Shown here: positions 41,241 to 51,112 of the stretch, one piece after another
Numbering within the stretch: the stretch's first letter is position 1
Layout of the letters: the number at the start of each line of letters is the position of its first letter
From: Myxococcota bacterium
GTDB taxonomy: Bacteria > Myxococcota_A > UBA9160 > UBA4427
Assembly: GCA_965250285.1 (NCBI GenBank)
Contig: OZ252299.1
Location: forward strand, 1,856,001-1,920,000
Direction: 5' to 3'
DNA: 64,000 nucleotides
Notes under the pieces: model-generated
What the model saw: the letters and a program-made list of their open reading frames with translations, nothing else
Databases searched by the model: none
Told to the model about the DNA's origin: nothing
Made by a program: the position numbers and the translations under genes

Positions 41241-42602
41241 ATGCCGTCCGCACGCTACGCCACCGCCCCGATCCCGTCCACGCGCATGCCGACGGGGCTG
41301 CCGTACATCCTGAGCAACGAGGTGGCCGAGCGCTTCAGCTACTACGGCATGCGCACCATCCTGTTCATCTTCATGACCCAGCATCTCATCGCGTCGGACG
41401 GCTCGCTCGACGTGATGACCGAGGCCGAAGCCACCGAGACCTACCACCTGTTCTCGTCGGCGGTCTACCTGACGCCCATTTTCGGGGCCCTGCTCGCCGA
41501 CATCTTCCTCGGCAAGTACCGCACGATCCTCGGGCTCTCGATCGTGTACTGCCTGGGCCACCTGGCCCTCGCCCTCGACGAGACGCGGCTCGGCCTCACC
41601 GTCGGCCTCACGCTGATCGCGATCGGCTCGGGCGGCATCAAGCCCTGCGTGTCGGCGCACCTCGGCGATCAGTTCGGCCAGCGCAACGGACACCTGCTCT
41701 CGAGTGCGTACTCGTACTTCTACTTCGGCATCAATCTGGGCGCGTTCGTCTCGACGCTGCTGACACCGATCCTGCTCGCCAAGATCGGACCGCACGTGGC
41801 GTTCGGGCTCCCCGGCCTGCTCATGTTGCTGGCCACGATCGTGTTCTGGTGGGGCCGCACCGAGTTCGTACACGTCCCAGCGGGCGGACGCGACTTCGTG
41901 CGCGAGCTGTTCGAGGTCGACACCTTGCGCGCGCTGGCCCGTCTGTGCCTGCTCTACGTCTTCATCGCGCCCTTCTGGAGCCTCTTCGACCAGACGGGCT
42001 CGTCGTGGGTCGCTCAGGCCCAGGAGATGGATCGGCACCTCTTCGGCCACGAGTGGCTCCCCTCGCAGATCCAGGCGATGAACCCGCTGCTGATCATGCT
42101 GCTGATCCCGCTCTTCGGTTTCGTCGTGTTCCCCTTCATCGAGCGCGCCGTGCGGCTCACACCCATGCGTAAGATCGGCGCCGGGCTCTTCATGACCGCC
42201 GCCGCATTCATGATCAACGTGCTGATCGAGGTGTGGATCGAGGCCGGCCAGACGCCTTCGATCGCCTGGCAGATGCTCGCGTATGTGATCATTACGGCCG
42301 CCGAGGTCCTCGTCTCGATCACGGGGCTCGAGTACTCGTACACCCAGGCGCCTCGGCGCCTCAAGAGCGTCGTCATGTCGCTCTATCTGATGAGTGTCTC
42401 GTTCGGCAACTTCTTCACCTCGCTCGTCAATCGCGTGATCCAGGACGAGCGTGGCGAGAGCACGCTCGAGGGCACGGAGTACTTCCTGCTCTTCGCAGGC
42501 GTCATGCTGGTCACGGCCGTTCTCTTCGTCCCCATCTCGGCGCGGTTCCGCGACCAGACCGTCCTGCAGGAGGAGGCGCCCGAACCGCCCCCGGTCGATT
42601 GA
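41241..42602 (+). CDS. POT/PTR family proton-dependent oligopeptide transporter
   Basis: NEVAERFSYYGM (ExxERFxYY), GSGGIKP, GDQF, YFGINLG. Confidence 0.95.
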   Translation: MPSARYATAPIPSTRMPTGLPYILSNEVAERFSYYGMRTILFIFMTQHLIASDGSLDVMTEAEATETYHLFSSAVYLTPIFGALLADIFLGKYRTILGLSIVYCLGHLALALDETRLGLTVGLTLIAIGSGGIKPCVSAHLGDQFGQRNGHLLSSAYSYFYFGINLGAFVSTLLTPILLAKIGPHVAFGLPGLLMLLATIVFWWGRTEFVHVPAGGRDFVRELFEVDTLRALARLCLLYVFIAPFWSLFDQTGSSWVAQAQEMDRHLFGHEWLPSQIQAMNPLLIMLLIPLFGFVVFPFIERAVRLTPMRKIGAGLFMTAAAFMINVLIEVWIEAGQTPSIAWQMLAYVIITAAEVLVSITGLEYSYTQAPRRLKSVVMSLYLMSVSFGNFFTSLVNRVIQDERGESTLEGTEYFLLFAGVMLVTAVLFVPISARFRDQTVLQEEAPEPPPVD

Positions 42603-42632
42603 GCCGCCGAACGGAGCGGCTACCGTCTCGCG

Positions 42633-43709
42633 ATGCCCGAGCCCCACGCCGATCCTGCACACGCCGGCCCGCTGCCTTCCCTCGGCCTGCTGGTGAATCC
42701 GACCTCGGGGCGCGACGCGCGACGCATCTTCGCGCGCGCCGACCGCTCGACGATCGAGAGCAAGCGCAACCAGGTCGAGCGGATCCTGATCGGAGCCGCT
42801 TCGGGCGGCGTGAAGAAGACGCTCTTCGGCCGCGAGCCCTTCCGGGTGGCCGAGCACGCGAGCGACGCGCTGGGCGTGCACATGCACCGCGAGATCCTCG
42901 ACACCGGGGCGCACTGCAACTGGCGCGATACGCAGAGCGCGGTCGAGCAGATGCGCGATGCGGGCTGCGGCGCGCTCGCCGTGCTCGGGGGCGACGGGAC
43001 GAACCGCATCGTCGCCCGCACGTGGCCCGACGCGCCGATCCTGCCGCTGTCCACCGGCACCAACAACGTGTTCCCGAGCATGCTCGAGGCCACCGTGGCC
43101 GGCGCAGCCGCGGGGCTCGTGGCGAGCGGACGCGTGCCACTCGAAGAGGCGGCCCAGCGCGCCAAGGTCGTGCGCGTCGAGGTCGACGACGAACCCGACG
43201 ATCTCGCACTCGTCGATGCGGTGCAGCTCGTCGGCGACAAGATGGGCAGCTACCTGCCCGTCGATCCCAAACACATGCGGACGCTGGTTCTCACGACGGC
43301 GATCCCCGACGCGGTCGGCATGTCGCCGGTCGGCGGGCTGCTGCAGCCGACGCCGGCGCACGAAGATGCCGGGCTCGCGGTCGAGTGTGCCGAGAGCTGC
43401 GACGACGGCCGCCCGCTGCTCGCGCCGATCTCGCCCGGGCTCTACCGCACCGTGCACGTCCGCGAGCATCGCCGCCTCGCTCTGGGCGAGCGACTCGAGG
43501 TGCGGGGCCCGGGCCTGCTCGCCTTCGACGGCGACCGCGAACGCGAGCTGGCCGACGGGCAGTCGGCCTGGCTGCGCGTCGAGCGCGATGGGCCATGGGT
43601 GATCGATGCAGGCCGCGCTCTGATGATCGCCGCGCGCGAGGGGATCTACCTCGACCTCGAGGAGCTGCACGATCAGCGCTCGGAGGCCGGCGGCCTCGGC
43701 TGCTGCTGA
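42633..43709 (+). CDS. ATP-NAD kinase family protein (AcoX-like)
   Basis: NP.SGRD.RR, LGGDGTNR, STGTNNVFP, AFDGDRE. Confidence 0.85.
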   Translation: MPEPHADPAHAGPLPSLGLLVNPTSGRDARRIFARADRSTIESKRNQVERILIGAASGGVKKTLFGREPFRVAEHASDALGVHMHREILDTGAHCNWRDTQSAVEQMRDAGCGALAVLGGDGTNRIVARTWPDAPILPLSTGTNNVFPSMLEATVAGAAAGLVASGRVPLEEAAQRAKVVRVEVDDEPDDLALVDAVQLVGDKMGSYLPVDPKHMRTLVLTTAIPDAVGMSPVGGLLQPTPAHEDAGLAVECAESCDDGRPLLAPISPGLYRTVHVREHRRLALGERLEVRGPGLLAFDGDRERELADGQSAWLRVERDGPWVIDAGRALMIAAREGIYLDLEELHDQRSEAGGLGCC

Positions 43710-43716
43710 GGCGTTC

Positions 43717-44523
43717 GTGCCGACGCCGACCTCCGCCGACGACGCTGGCCCCGACCGCGCTCGCACCGCGCCCCACCTCACCGCATCCGAACGGAGCTTC
43801 GACCTCGCGAGACGCGTGGCTGAGCTCGACTGGTGGCATCGCATCGATCTCGGCGACGGGCTCGTGACCCCGGGCCGCGACGACTCAGCCACCAAGCTCG
43901 CGCGCCTCGGCCTGCCCGACGATTTGAGCGGCCAGCGCGTGCTCGACATCGGCGCTTGGGATGGCTTCTTCAGCTTCGAAGCCGAGCGGCGCGGAGCCGA
44001 GGTCGTCGCCATCGACGGGCCAGCCTGGGAGAGGGGTGCTCGCAGTGGCCGCGCCTGCTTCGACCTGGCCCACTGGGCGCTCGGCTCGCGCGTCGAGGCG
44101 GTGCCCCTCGACGTGATGCAGCTCGACGCGAGCACGCTCGGCCGCTTCGATCTCGTGCTCTGCCTCGGTGTGCTCTACCACCTCCGGGATCCGTGGGGGG
44201 CCCTCGCCCGCATCGCCGACGTCGCGGCGAACCGACTCGTGCTCGAGACCCACGTCGATGGAGTCTCGCTCGGACGTCCGGGCATGGTCCTCTACCCCGA
44301 AGCCGAGCTGAACGGCGATGCATCGAACTGGTGGGGACCGAACGAAGGCGCCCTGCACGCGATGCTGCGCGACGTCGGTTTTTCGGACGTGCGCACGCAT
44401 GCCCGACGCAGCCGGCTGGCGCGCTGGGCACGAGCACTCGATCGACGACGCCGCGGCGACCCGGCTTCGCTGCGCCACCTGGCCGATCAGGATCGCGTCG
44501 TGATCCACGCCGGGCGCGGCTGA
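43717..44523 (+). CDS. class I SAM-dependent methyltransferase (DUF1698/CmoB-like)
   Basis: WWHRIDL..TPG, VLDIGAWDGFFSF, FDLVLCLGVLYHL. Confidence 0.85.
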   Translation: MPTPTSADDAGPDRARTAPHLTASERSFDLARRVAELDWWHRIDLGDGLVTPGRDDSATKLARLGLPDDLSGQRVLDIGAWDGFFSFEAERRGAEVVAIDGPAWERGARSGRACFDLAHWALGSRVEAVPLDVMQLDASTLGRFDLVLCLGVLYHLRDPWGALARIADVAANRLVLETHVDGVSLGRPGMVLYPEAELNGDASNWWGPNEGALHAMLRDVGFSDVRTHARRSRLARWARALDRRRRGDPASLRHLADQDRVVIHAGRG

Positions 44524-44589
44524 CGGTCAGCCACCCTCCGCATCGGCGGGCCTCTTTACGCCGCCGTGCCCCGCGGCGACACTGGCCGC

Positions 44590-45372
44590 ATGCCGATCGA
44601 TGAAGCCGAGCTCGAAGCCCAGATCGAGGCCGCCCGCGACCTCGTCGACGCCGCATCGAAGGTCGCCGTCCTGACCGGAGCGGGGATCTCCACCGACTCG
44701 GGCATCCCCGATTTTCGCGGACCCCAAGGCGTCTGGACGAAGAACCCCGAGGCCGAGAAGATGGCCACGCTGCAGCACTACATGGCCGATGGCGAGCTGC
44801 GCGCGCGGGCCTGGCAGACCCGCTTGGCGATGGCCGACCGCGCGAACCAGCCGAACCGGGGGCACCGCGCGCTGCTCGCACTCGAAGCACGCGACAAGCT
44901 GGTCGCGTTGATCACCCAGAACGTCGACGGGCTGCACCACGATGCCGGGTCGGACCCTGCGCGGGTGGTCGAGATTCACGGCACGATGCGTGAGGTCACC
45001 TGCATGGCGTGCGGCGACCGTCAGCCGATGGCCCCGGTGCTGAAGCGGGTGCTCGACGGTGAAGGCGACCCGGCCTGCCTCCTCTGCGGGGGCATTCTCA
45101 AGAGCGCCACGATCTCGTTCGGCCAGGGCCTGGTGGCCGCCGACCTCGAACGCGCCGAGATCGCGGCGCGCTCGTGCGATCTCATGATCGCAATCGGCAC
45201 GACGCTCGGCGTTTATCCGATCGCGGCGGTGGTGCCCATCGCGGCAGAGAACGGCGCTTCCGTCGTCATCGTCAACGCCGAGCCGACCGAGATGGATGCC
45301 CTCGCCGACGTGATCGTGCGCGGATCGATCAGCGATGTGCTGCCGCAGATCCTGCGAGCGAACGAGGGCTGA
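44590..45372 (+). CDS. cobB: Sir2-family NAD-dependent protein deacylase
   Basis: GAGISTDSGIPDFRG, TQNVDGLH, EIHG, two CxxC zinc motifs. Upstream TTTACG-N17-GACACT ends 6 nt before the ATG. Confidence 0.9.
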   Translation: MPIDEAELEAQIEAARDLVDAASKVAVLTGAGISTDSGIPDFRGPQGVWTKNPEAEKMATLQHYMADGELRARAWQTRLAMADRANQPNRGHRALLALEARDKLVALITQNVDGLHHDAGSDPARVVEIHGTMREVTCMACGDRQPMAPVLKRVLDGEGDPACLLCGGILKSATISFGQGLVAADLERAEIAARSCDLMIAIGTTLGVYPIAAVVPIAAENGASVVIVNAEPTEMDALADVIVRGSISDVLPQILRANEG

Positions 45373-45447
45373 GCCGCGGCCCAGCCGGCTCCTCGCTCGT
45401 TCCGTCCGCGCCGGCCGGGTCCCTCGACCCAGCGCAGAGGCCGGTGA

Positions 45448-46218
45448 TCAGAACCGGTCGGGGCGGATCATCGCGTCGGTGCCGCCATCCGCGTACACGA
45501 TCGACCCGTGCATGAACGCGGCGCCCGAGCCCAGCATGAACTCGATCACGCCGGCCATCTCGTCGGGCTCGGCCCAGCGTCCGAGCGGAACGGGCAGCCC
45601 CCGAATCGCCTCCCCGGCGCCGGGCGTACCGAGCCCGCCCTCGAGCAGCGGGGTCTTGGTCGGCCCCGGGCAGATGGCGTTGATGCGCACCCCGGCCTCG
45701 CCCCAGCTCTCGGCGCGCCGGCGAACCGCGCGAGCCACCGCGTTCTTCGACGCGAGGTAGGCCATCTGACCACTCTCCTTCGCCGTCGTCTCGGCGAGCG
45801 CCTTCGCTTCATCGCCCTCGAGACACGCCTGCACGATCTCGCCCTCGGCGATGAACTCGGACATCGCGGCGCTGTTCGACGCGATCACGACGACTGCTGG
45901 GTCGTCGCCGCGCTGGAAGGCCGGCAACAGGCCGTCGAGCAGACTGACCGCTCCGAAGTAGTTGACGGCGACGACCTTCTCGATGTCGTCGATGTGCCCG
46001 CCGAGGCCTGCGCAGAACGCGCCCCGCTCGAGCTTGCCGGTCGAGACGCCGAGCACTTCGTCGATCGCCTTTTGTCGGCCCTCGGGCGTCGACAGGTCGG
46101 CGATGATCTCGGCGTCCTTGATGTCGACGCCGATCACGTCGAGCCCCTGCGCTTCGAGTCGCTTGCGCGTCGCCGCACCAATGCCGGTGGCGCAGCCCGT
46201 CACGACCGCCTGACCCAT
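45448..46218 (-). CDS. SDR oxidoreductase, 3-alpha-hydroxysteroid dehydrogenase/carbonyl reductase-like
   Basis: TGCATGIGAATR, IIADLSTPEGR, YLASK catalytic motif, DGG.DA. Confidence 0.85.
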   Translation of the reverse strand: MGQAVVTGCATGIGAATRKRLEAQGLDVIGVDIKDAEIIADLSTPEGRQKAIDEVLGVSTGKLERGAFCAGLGGHIDDIEKVVAVNYFGAVSLLDGLLPAFQRGDDPAVVVIASNSAAMSEFIAEGEIVQACLEGDEAKALAETTAKESGQMAYLASKNAVARAVRRRAESWGEAGVRINAICPGPTKTPLLEGGLGTPGAGEAIRGLPVPLGRWAEPDEMAGVIEFMLGSGAAFMHGSIVYADGGTDAMIRPDRF

Positions 46219-46466
46219 GTGCTCTCCTCCCCGTTCGGCCTCGTTCGGCCCCGTCTGCTTGTCGGAAGCGCCTGTGTGACTCGCGCGGCCTCCGCCGCCT
46301 TTCGCGTGCGCCGCAGCGGATATAGCCCAGAAGGTCGCCCGCTCCACCAACGGGGCCCGTGCGCCGCGGAGCCACACGGGGTACACCCTCGATCGCCCAC
46401 GCGCCTTCGAGACGAAGGAAGCCGGCCCTGACGTGAGGAGCCCACGCCGCCGCGCGGCTCGAAGCC

Positions 46467-47804
46467 ATGCCCCTGCCCCGTTTCGACCTTGCCTCTGCCG
46501 ATGATCGTCGCCGCTGGACCGAGCGCCTCGACGCGCTGCGCGCCACCGCGACGACGTCGACCGAAGCCGCCGAGACCGTCGCGGCGATCGTCGAAGACGT
46601 GCGCGTGCGCGGCGACGACGCCGTCGTCGACTACATGCGGCGTTGGACCGATCCAGAGTTCGATGCCGACCGAATTCGGGTCAGCGCCGACGAGCTCGAT
46701 GCCGCCTACGCGGCGATCGACCCCGACCTCGAGGCGGCGCTCCAGGCGTCGATCGAGAACGTGCGTACGTATCAACAGCACGTGATGCCGAAGGCCCCCG
46801 CTCCGATGGAGCTGGCCGGGGCCGAGGTCGGCATGCGCTTCACGCCCGTGGCCAGCGCCGGTTGCTGCGTGCCCGGCGGCACGGCCGTGCTCGTCTCGAC
46901 GCTCGTGATGCTCGCCGTGCCGGCGATGGTGGCTGGCGTGCCCGCCTCGGGCGTCGCGGTCATCCATCCGCCGCCGACGCGCCGAGAAGGCGATGCCCCG
47001 GGCGACGTGTCTCCCGTCGCGCTCGCCACGTGCCGCATGCTCGGCATCGATACGCTGTACCGCGTGGGTGGGGCCCAGGGCGTGGCCGCGTTGGCCCACG
47101 GCACCGAGCAGATCGATCCGGTCGCGATGATTGCCGGCCCCGGCAACGTGTTCGTGCAGCTCGCGAAGCAGCGCGTGAACGGCGTGACCGGCACCGACGG
47201 GGGCTTCTACGGTCCGAGCGAGATCGTGACGATCGCAGACGACGGTGCCGACCCGGCCTGTATCGCCGCCGACCTGATGGCGCAGGCCGAGCACGACCCG
47301 GGCAAGTGCTTCCTCGTCGCCTGGTCGCGAGACGTGCTCGATCGCGTCGACGTCGAGCTCGACCGACAGCTCGCCGAGCGCGGGCGCGCACCGGCGATCG
47401 AAACCGCGCTGCGCGACGACTCGGCTTCGCTGCTCGTCTCGGGGGAAGACGAGGCGGCTGCCGTCGCCGACGCCATTGCCGCCGAGCACGTGAGCCTCTC
47501 GGTCGCAGACCCCGAAGCGTGGCTCGCCCGGCTCGAGAACGGCGGCGAGTTCTTCCTCGGCGACCAGACCCCCGTCGCCGCCGGCGACTACTACGCCGGC
47601 CCCAGTCACTGCCTGCCGACCGGCACGACCGCCCGCTTCGCGAGCGGGATCAGCGTCTATACGTTTCTCAAGCGCACGGGCACCGTGCGCTACCGCGACG
47701 GCATGCCGGGCCGGGCGATCGACGTGATCGATCGGCTGGCGACACTCGAGGGGCTCGACGCCCACGCAGCCTCGGTCCGCGTGCGTCGGCGGCTCGATGA
47801 CTGA
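46467..47804 (+). CDS. hisD: histidinol dehydrogenase
   Basis: VPGG, GGAQ, GPGN, GPSE, AQAEH, AEH, GDYYAGPSH.LPT, EGL.AHA. Confidence 0.88.
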   Translation: MPLPRFDLASADDRRRWTERLDALRATATTSTEAAETVAAIVEDVRVRGDDAVVDYMRRWTDPEFDADRIRVSADELDAAYAAIDPDLEAALQASIENVRTYQQHVMPKAPAPMELAGAEVGMRFTPVASAGCCVPGGTAVLVSTLVMLAVPAMVAGVPASGVAVIHPPPTRREGDAPGDVSPVALATCRMLGIDTLYRVGGAQGVAALAHGTEQIDPVAMIAGPGNVFVQLAKQRVNGVTGTDGGFYGPSEIVTIADDGADPACIAADLMAQAEHDPGKCFLVAWSRDVLDRVDVELDRQLAERGRAPAIETALRDDSASLLVSGEDEAAAVADAIAAEHVSLSVADPEAWLARLENGGEFFLGDQTPVAAGDYYAGPSHCLPTGTTARFASGISVYTFLKRTGTVRYRDGMPGRAIDVIDRLATLEGLDAHAASVRVRRRLDD

Positions 47805-48498
47805 CGACGCCGAGCACGTCGTCGACGGTTGGTCGCCCCGCCCGGCACCCGACGCTGCGCGGCTCGAGGGTCCAACGATCGTGCTCGAGCGCTTCGAAGC
47901 CGCGTATCACGCCGAACGGCTCTTCGATGCGATCAATCGACCCGAGCATGCCGACCTCTGGCGCTTCATCCCGTTCGGCCCGTTCGAGTCGGCCGAGGCG
48001 ATGGGGCAGGCTTTCTCGGCGATGAACGCGGCCGGCGAGTGGGTCACCTATGTCGCGCGGCCCCGGGATGCAGAGCACCTGGTGGGCACGGCGAGTCTCA
48101 TGGCCAACCGCGGCGCCCACGGCGTGAGCGAGGTCGGCTGCGTGATCTATGCCCCCGAGCTCAAGCGCACGACGGCCGCCACCGAGCTGCAGGCCCTGCT
48201 CGCCCGCTACGTCTTCGACGAGCTCGGCTATCGCCGATACGAATGGAAGTGCGACGCGCGCAACGCCGCGTCTCGACGCGCGGCCACAAGGCTCGGCTTC
48301 ACGTTCGAGGGCGTCTTTCGTCAGCACATGGTCGTGCGCGGCCTGAACCGCGACACGGCCTGGTTCTCGATCACCGACGCCGAGTGGCCCGCCGTGCGAG
48401 CCGCCTTCGACACATGGCTCGCACCCGACGCCGTCGATGCCGACGGCCGACCCAAGCGACCCCTCGCCGAAATTCGCGCGGCCCTCTCTGGTCGATGA
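47797..48498 (+). CDS. GNAT family acetyltransferase (RimJ/RimL type)
   Basis: LGYRRYEWKCD..N..S..AA.RLGFTFEGVFRQH, NRDTAWFSI. Confidence 0.92.
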   Translation: MTDDAEHVVDGWSPRPAPDAARLEGPTIVLERFEAAYHAERLFDAINRPEHADLWRFIPFGPFESAEAMGQAFSAMNAAGEWVTYVARPRDAEHLVGTASLMANRGAHGVSEVGCVIYAPELKRTTAATELQALLARYVFDELGYRRYEWKCDARNAASRRAATRLGFTFEGVFRQHMVVRGLNRDTAWFSITDAEWPAVRAAFDTWLAPDAVDADGRPKRPLAEIRAALSGR

Positions 48499-48554
48499 CG
48501 CCTGACACGGGGTCGGCGCCGCCCCCGCCATGCGAAGGCGCTCCCGAACGACGC

Positions 48555-48591
48555 AAGAAACCGCGGGGCGAACAACGAGAAGACCCCGCGG
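48555..48591 (-). terminator. probable intrinsic terminator after tRNA-Gly
   Basis: CCGCGGGG..CCCCGCGG stem followed by TTTCTT on the minus strand. Confidence 0.55.
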
Positions 48592-48621
48592 CGGCGAGCG
48601 CGCGCGGGGCCATCCGAAATC

Positions 48622-48697
48622 TGGAGCGCGAGACCGGGTTCGAACCGGCGACCCTCGGCTTGGGAAGCCGATGCTCTACCAACTGAGCTACTCGCGC
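48622..48697 (-). tRNA. tRNA-Gly (CCC)
   Basis: 76-nt cloverleaf GCGCGAG..TAGCTCAGTTGGTAGAGC..TCGGC-TTCCCAA-GCCGA..GGTTCGAACC..CTCGCGC-TCCA; CCA is encoded. Confidence 0.97.
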
Positions 48698-48769
48698 GAC
48701 GCGCGTAGGGTACGCCGACCAAGACGCCTCGCAAGACCGGGCGCCGAGCGCCCGTGGTAGGTTCGGTGC

Positions 48770-49945
48770 ATGCCGTCCGAGGCCAAGCCGTCGTCCAAGC
48801 AAGGCCGCCGCCTCGGGCCCGCCAGCGCGCTCGCCGCGGCTGGCCTCGTGGTCCTGCTCGGGTTCGGCGAGCTTTGGGCGCGCCATGAGGCGGCGCGCGA
48901 TGGCGCCTCGCTGCCGGCGATGCTCGGTGGGCCGAGCGAAGCCGGCACGACCGAAGACGGGCGGCCGATCTTCACCGGCATGCGGGATCTCACGCGGCCC
49001 CACCTCGACGGCGTGTTTCGGGGGGCAGACTACCGCTCGGACGCCATCTCGTTTCGCGGTGCGGATCGGCCGAGGGGCGCGGCGCCCGGCACGCGGCGCA
49101 TCATCGTGACGGGCGACTCGATCGCCCTGGGCGCCGGCGTCGAAGAAGCCGAGGCCTTTCCGATGGCCGCTGAGGCCTGGCTCGAACGCGAGGCAGCGCC
49201 GCCCGCCTGGGAGGTGTTCAACGCCGGCATGGCCGGTGCGAATGCCGCCTTTGCCATGCAGCGGCTGGAGCGTGGACTCCGTCGGTATGGCGCCGATGTC
49301 ATCGTCTACGGGTTCAGCCCGAACGATCTCGAGGGGCCTGCGTACCAGCGGTTCCCTGCCGAGCGCACGGCATTCGATCTGATCGCCGAGGCGGGCTGGC
49401 CCGCGCGCTCGAAGTCGGAGCTGATTCGCATGGCCGCATGGCGCTGGTACGGCCTGTGGGATCGCATCATCGCCCTGAACGTCGAGCATCACGCGCGCGA
49501 AGTCCGCTTCAATGCTTTCGAGAATCCGGCGGCGTGGGAGAACCTGCTGAACGAGCTCGACCGCTTCGCCGGTCTGGGTGAGCCCGAGGGACGCTGCGCC
49601 GTCCTGCTCGTCCTGACTCGGCTCGTCGCCCTGAAGCCCGAAGAGCACCCCTTCGGCGAGGTCTACGACGCCGTCATCGTCGAAGCGCGTTCGCGCGGCC
49701 TCCACGTCGTCGACACGCGCTCGCTCTTCCTCGGCCGAGAGGCCGACGAGCTGCGCCACTCGGTCTTCGATCCCCACCCGAACGTCGCGGCCCACGCCGA
49801 GATCGGCGCGCTGCTCGGCGAGGCGGTGGCGGGGCTGCCCGAAGCGTGCTGGACGGCCTCGGACGACGGATCAACCCGCGGCTTTCGCACGCTCGACTCG
49901 CCCGAGGGCCAGGCCGAACGTCACGAGCGCGATACAGGCGAGTAG
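48770..49945 (+). CDS. SGNH/GDSL hydrolase family protein, membrane-anchored
   Basis: N-terminal TM, TGDSIALG, NAG, PND, DPHPN. Confidence 0.85.
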   Translation: MPSEAKPSSKQGRRLGPASALAAAGLVVLLGFGELWARHEAARDGASLPAMLGGPSEAGTTEDGRPIFTGMRDLTRPHLDGVFRGADYRSDAISFRGADRPRGAAPGTRRIIVTGDSIALGAGVEEAEAFPMAAEAWLEREAAPPAWEVFNAGMAGANAAFAMQRLERGLRRYGADVIVYGFSPNDLEGPAYQRFPAERTAFDLIAEAGWPARSKSELIRMAAWRWYGLWDRIIALNVEHHAREVRFNAFENPAAWENLLNELDRFAGLGEPEGRCAVLLVLTRLVALKPEEHPFGEVYDAVIVEARSRGLHVVDTRSLFLGREADELRHSVFDPHPNVAAHAEIGALLGEAVAGLPEACWTASDDGSTRGFRTLDSPEGQAERHERDTGE

Positions 49946-51112
49946 CCCCGCCGCGAAGTGCGCCGCGCCGGGGAAGAAGATCGGCGCCCCCTCGCTCGTG
50001 AACATGTGAAAGAGCCGCGTCATCAACAGTGGCGAGAAGACCATCGTGAGCGACGCAATGCTCGTCATGGCGCCCTGCAGTTCGCCCTGAGCGTCGGCCG
50101 GGACGGCCGCCGACATGATGCTGCGCATCGCTGGCATCCCGAGCCCGCCGAGCGCGAACGGCACCATGCACGAGAGGAAGAGCACCTCGCTTGGCGCCAG
50201 GGCGAAGCCAAAAAAGCCGATCGACGTCATCGCGAAACCGACGCGAGCCGTCCGGGCCTCGCCGAGCACTGGGATGACCCGGCGGATCAGCAGAGCCTGC
50301 ACCAGCACGTTGAAGATGCCGAACACGCCGAGCGAGAGCCCGACCTGACCTTCGGTCCAGCCGAACTTGAGCATCGTGAAGTACGTCCAGACCGCGGGGT
50401 TCGCATCGTGGGCCAGTTGATAGAAGACGATCACGACGAACAGCCCTGCGACGGCGGGGAACCGCTCGAGCGAACGCAGTGCGCCGACCGGATTGGCCCG
50501 GGCCCACCGAAACGGGCGGCGGTGGGCCGGATCGAGGCTCTCGGGGATCACGAAGAGCCCGTAGATCACGTTCGCGGCTGCAAGCGCCGATGCTGCGTAG
50601 AACGGCACGCGCGTGCCGAAGCCCCCCAGCCAGCCCCCGATCACGGGGCCGAGAATGAAGCCCAGCCCCCAAGCCGCGCCGATCAGACCGAAGTTCTGCG
50701 CGCGCTCTTCGGGCGGCGTCACGTCGGCGATGTACGCGTTGGCGGTCGCGCCGGTCGCGCCCGCGATCCCCGACACGGCGCGACCGACCAGCAACCACGG
50801 CAGGCTCGGCGCGAGGGCCATGAGCAGATAGTCGATCGAGTACGCACCGAGGGAAGCGAGCAGGACGGGACGCCGACCGAGGTGATCGGACAGGTTGCCG
50901 AGCACGGGCGCGGACAGAAACTGCATGAACGCGAAGACGAACAGCAGCCAGCCGCCGTACACCGCCGCATCCGACAGGCCTTGCCCGGTCAGCTCGACGA
51001 CGAGCTCGGGAACGACCGGGATGATGATGCCGAACCCGATCGTGTCGAGGAGCACCGTGAAAAGCACGAAGGCGAGTGCGCGACGGCGCGGTGCGGGCGG
51101 ATGGTGGGCCAC
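49871..51112 (-). CDS. MFS transporter, TCR/Tet (DHA1) family
   Basis: [43 protein letters not shown]-like, QGELQG. Confidence 0.92.
   Translation of the reverse strand: MAHHPPAPRRRALAFVLFTVLLDTIGFGIIIPVVPELVVELTGQGLSDAAVYGGWLLFVFAFMQFLSAPVLGNLSDHLGRRPVLLASLGAYSIDYLLMALAPSLPWLLVGRAVSGIAGATGATANAYIADVTPPEERAQNFGLIGAAWGLGFILGPVIGGWLGGFGTRVPFYAASALAAANVIYGLFVIPESLDPAHRRPFRWARANPVGALRSLERFPAVAGLFVVIVFYQLAHDANPAVWTYFTMLKFGWTEGQVGLSLGVFGIFNVLVQALLIRRVIPVLGEARTARVGFAMTSIGFFGFALAPSEVLFLSCMVPFALGGLGMPAMRSIMSAAVPADAQGELQGAMTSIASLTMVFSPLLMTRLFHMFTSEGAPIFFPGAAHFAAGLLACIALVTFGLALGRVERAKAAG

Noticed and set aside
43701..43730. Selenocysteine readthrough at Cys-Cys-TGA followed by a small hairpin (GGCGT..ACGCC)
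   Set aside because: The hairpin is short and unlike a bacterial SECIS in spacing, the next gene starts 7 nt later, and no Sec-containing members of this family are known to me.
44590..45372. Sir2 protein as an anti-phage NADase (Thoeris/DSR type)
   Set aside because: It is a classical zinc-binding CobB-type deacylase of ordinary length with no defence partner genes.
48622..48697. tRNA-Gly as the integration site of a genomic island
   Set aside because: I saw no duplicated tRNA 3' end, adjacent integrase or compositional shift.
49871..51112. MFS gene as an acquired tetracycline-resistance determinant
   Set aside because: There is no tetR or mobile context and codon usage looks native. Family membership alone does not show resistance.
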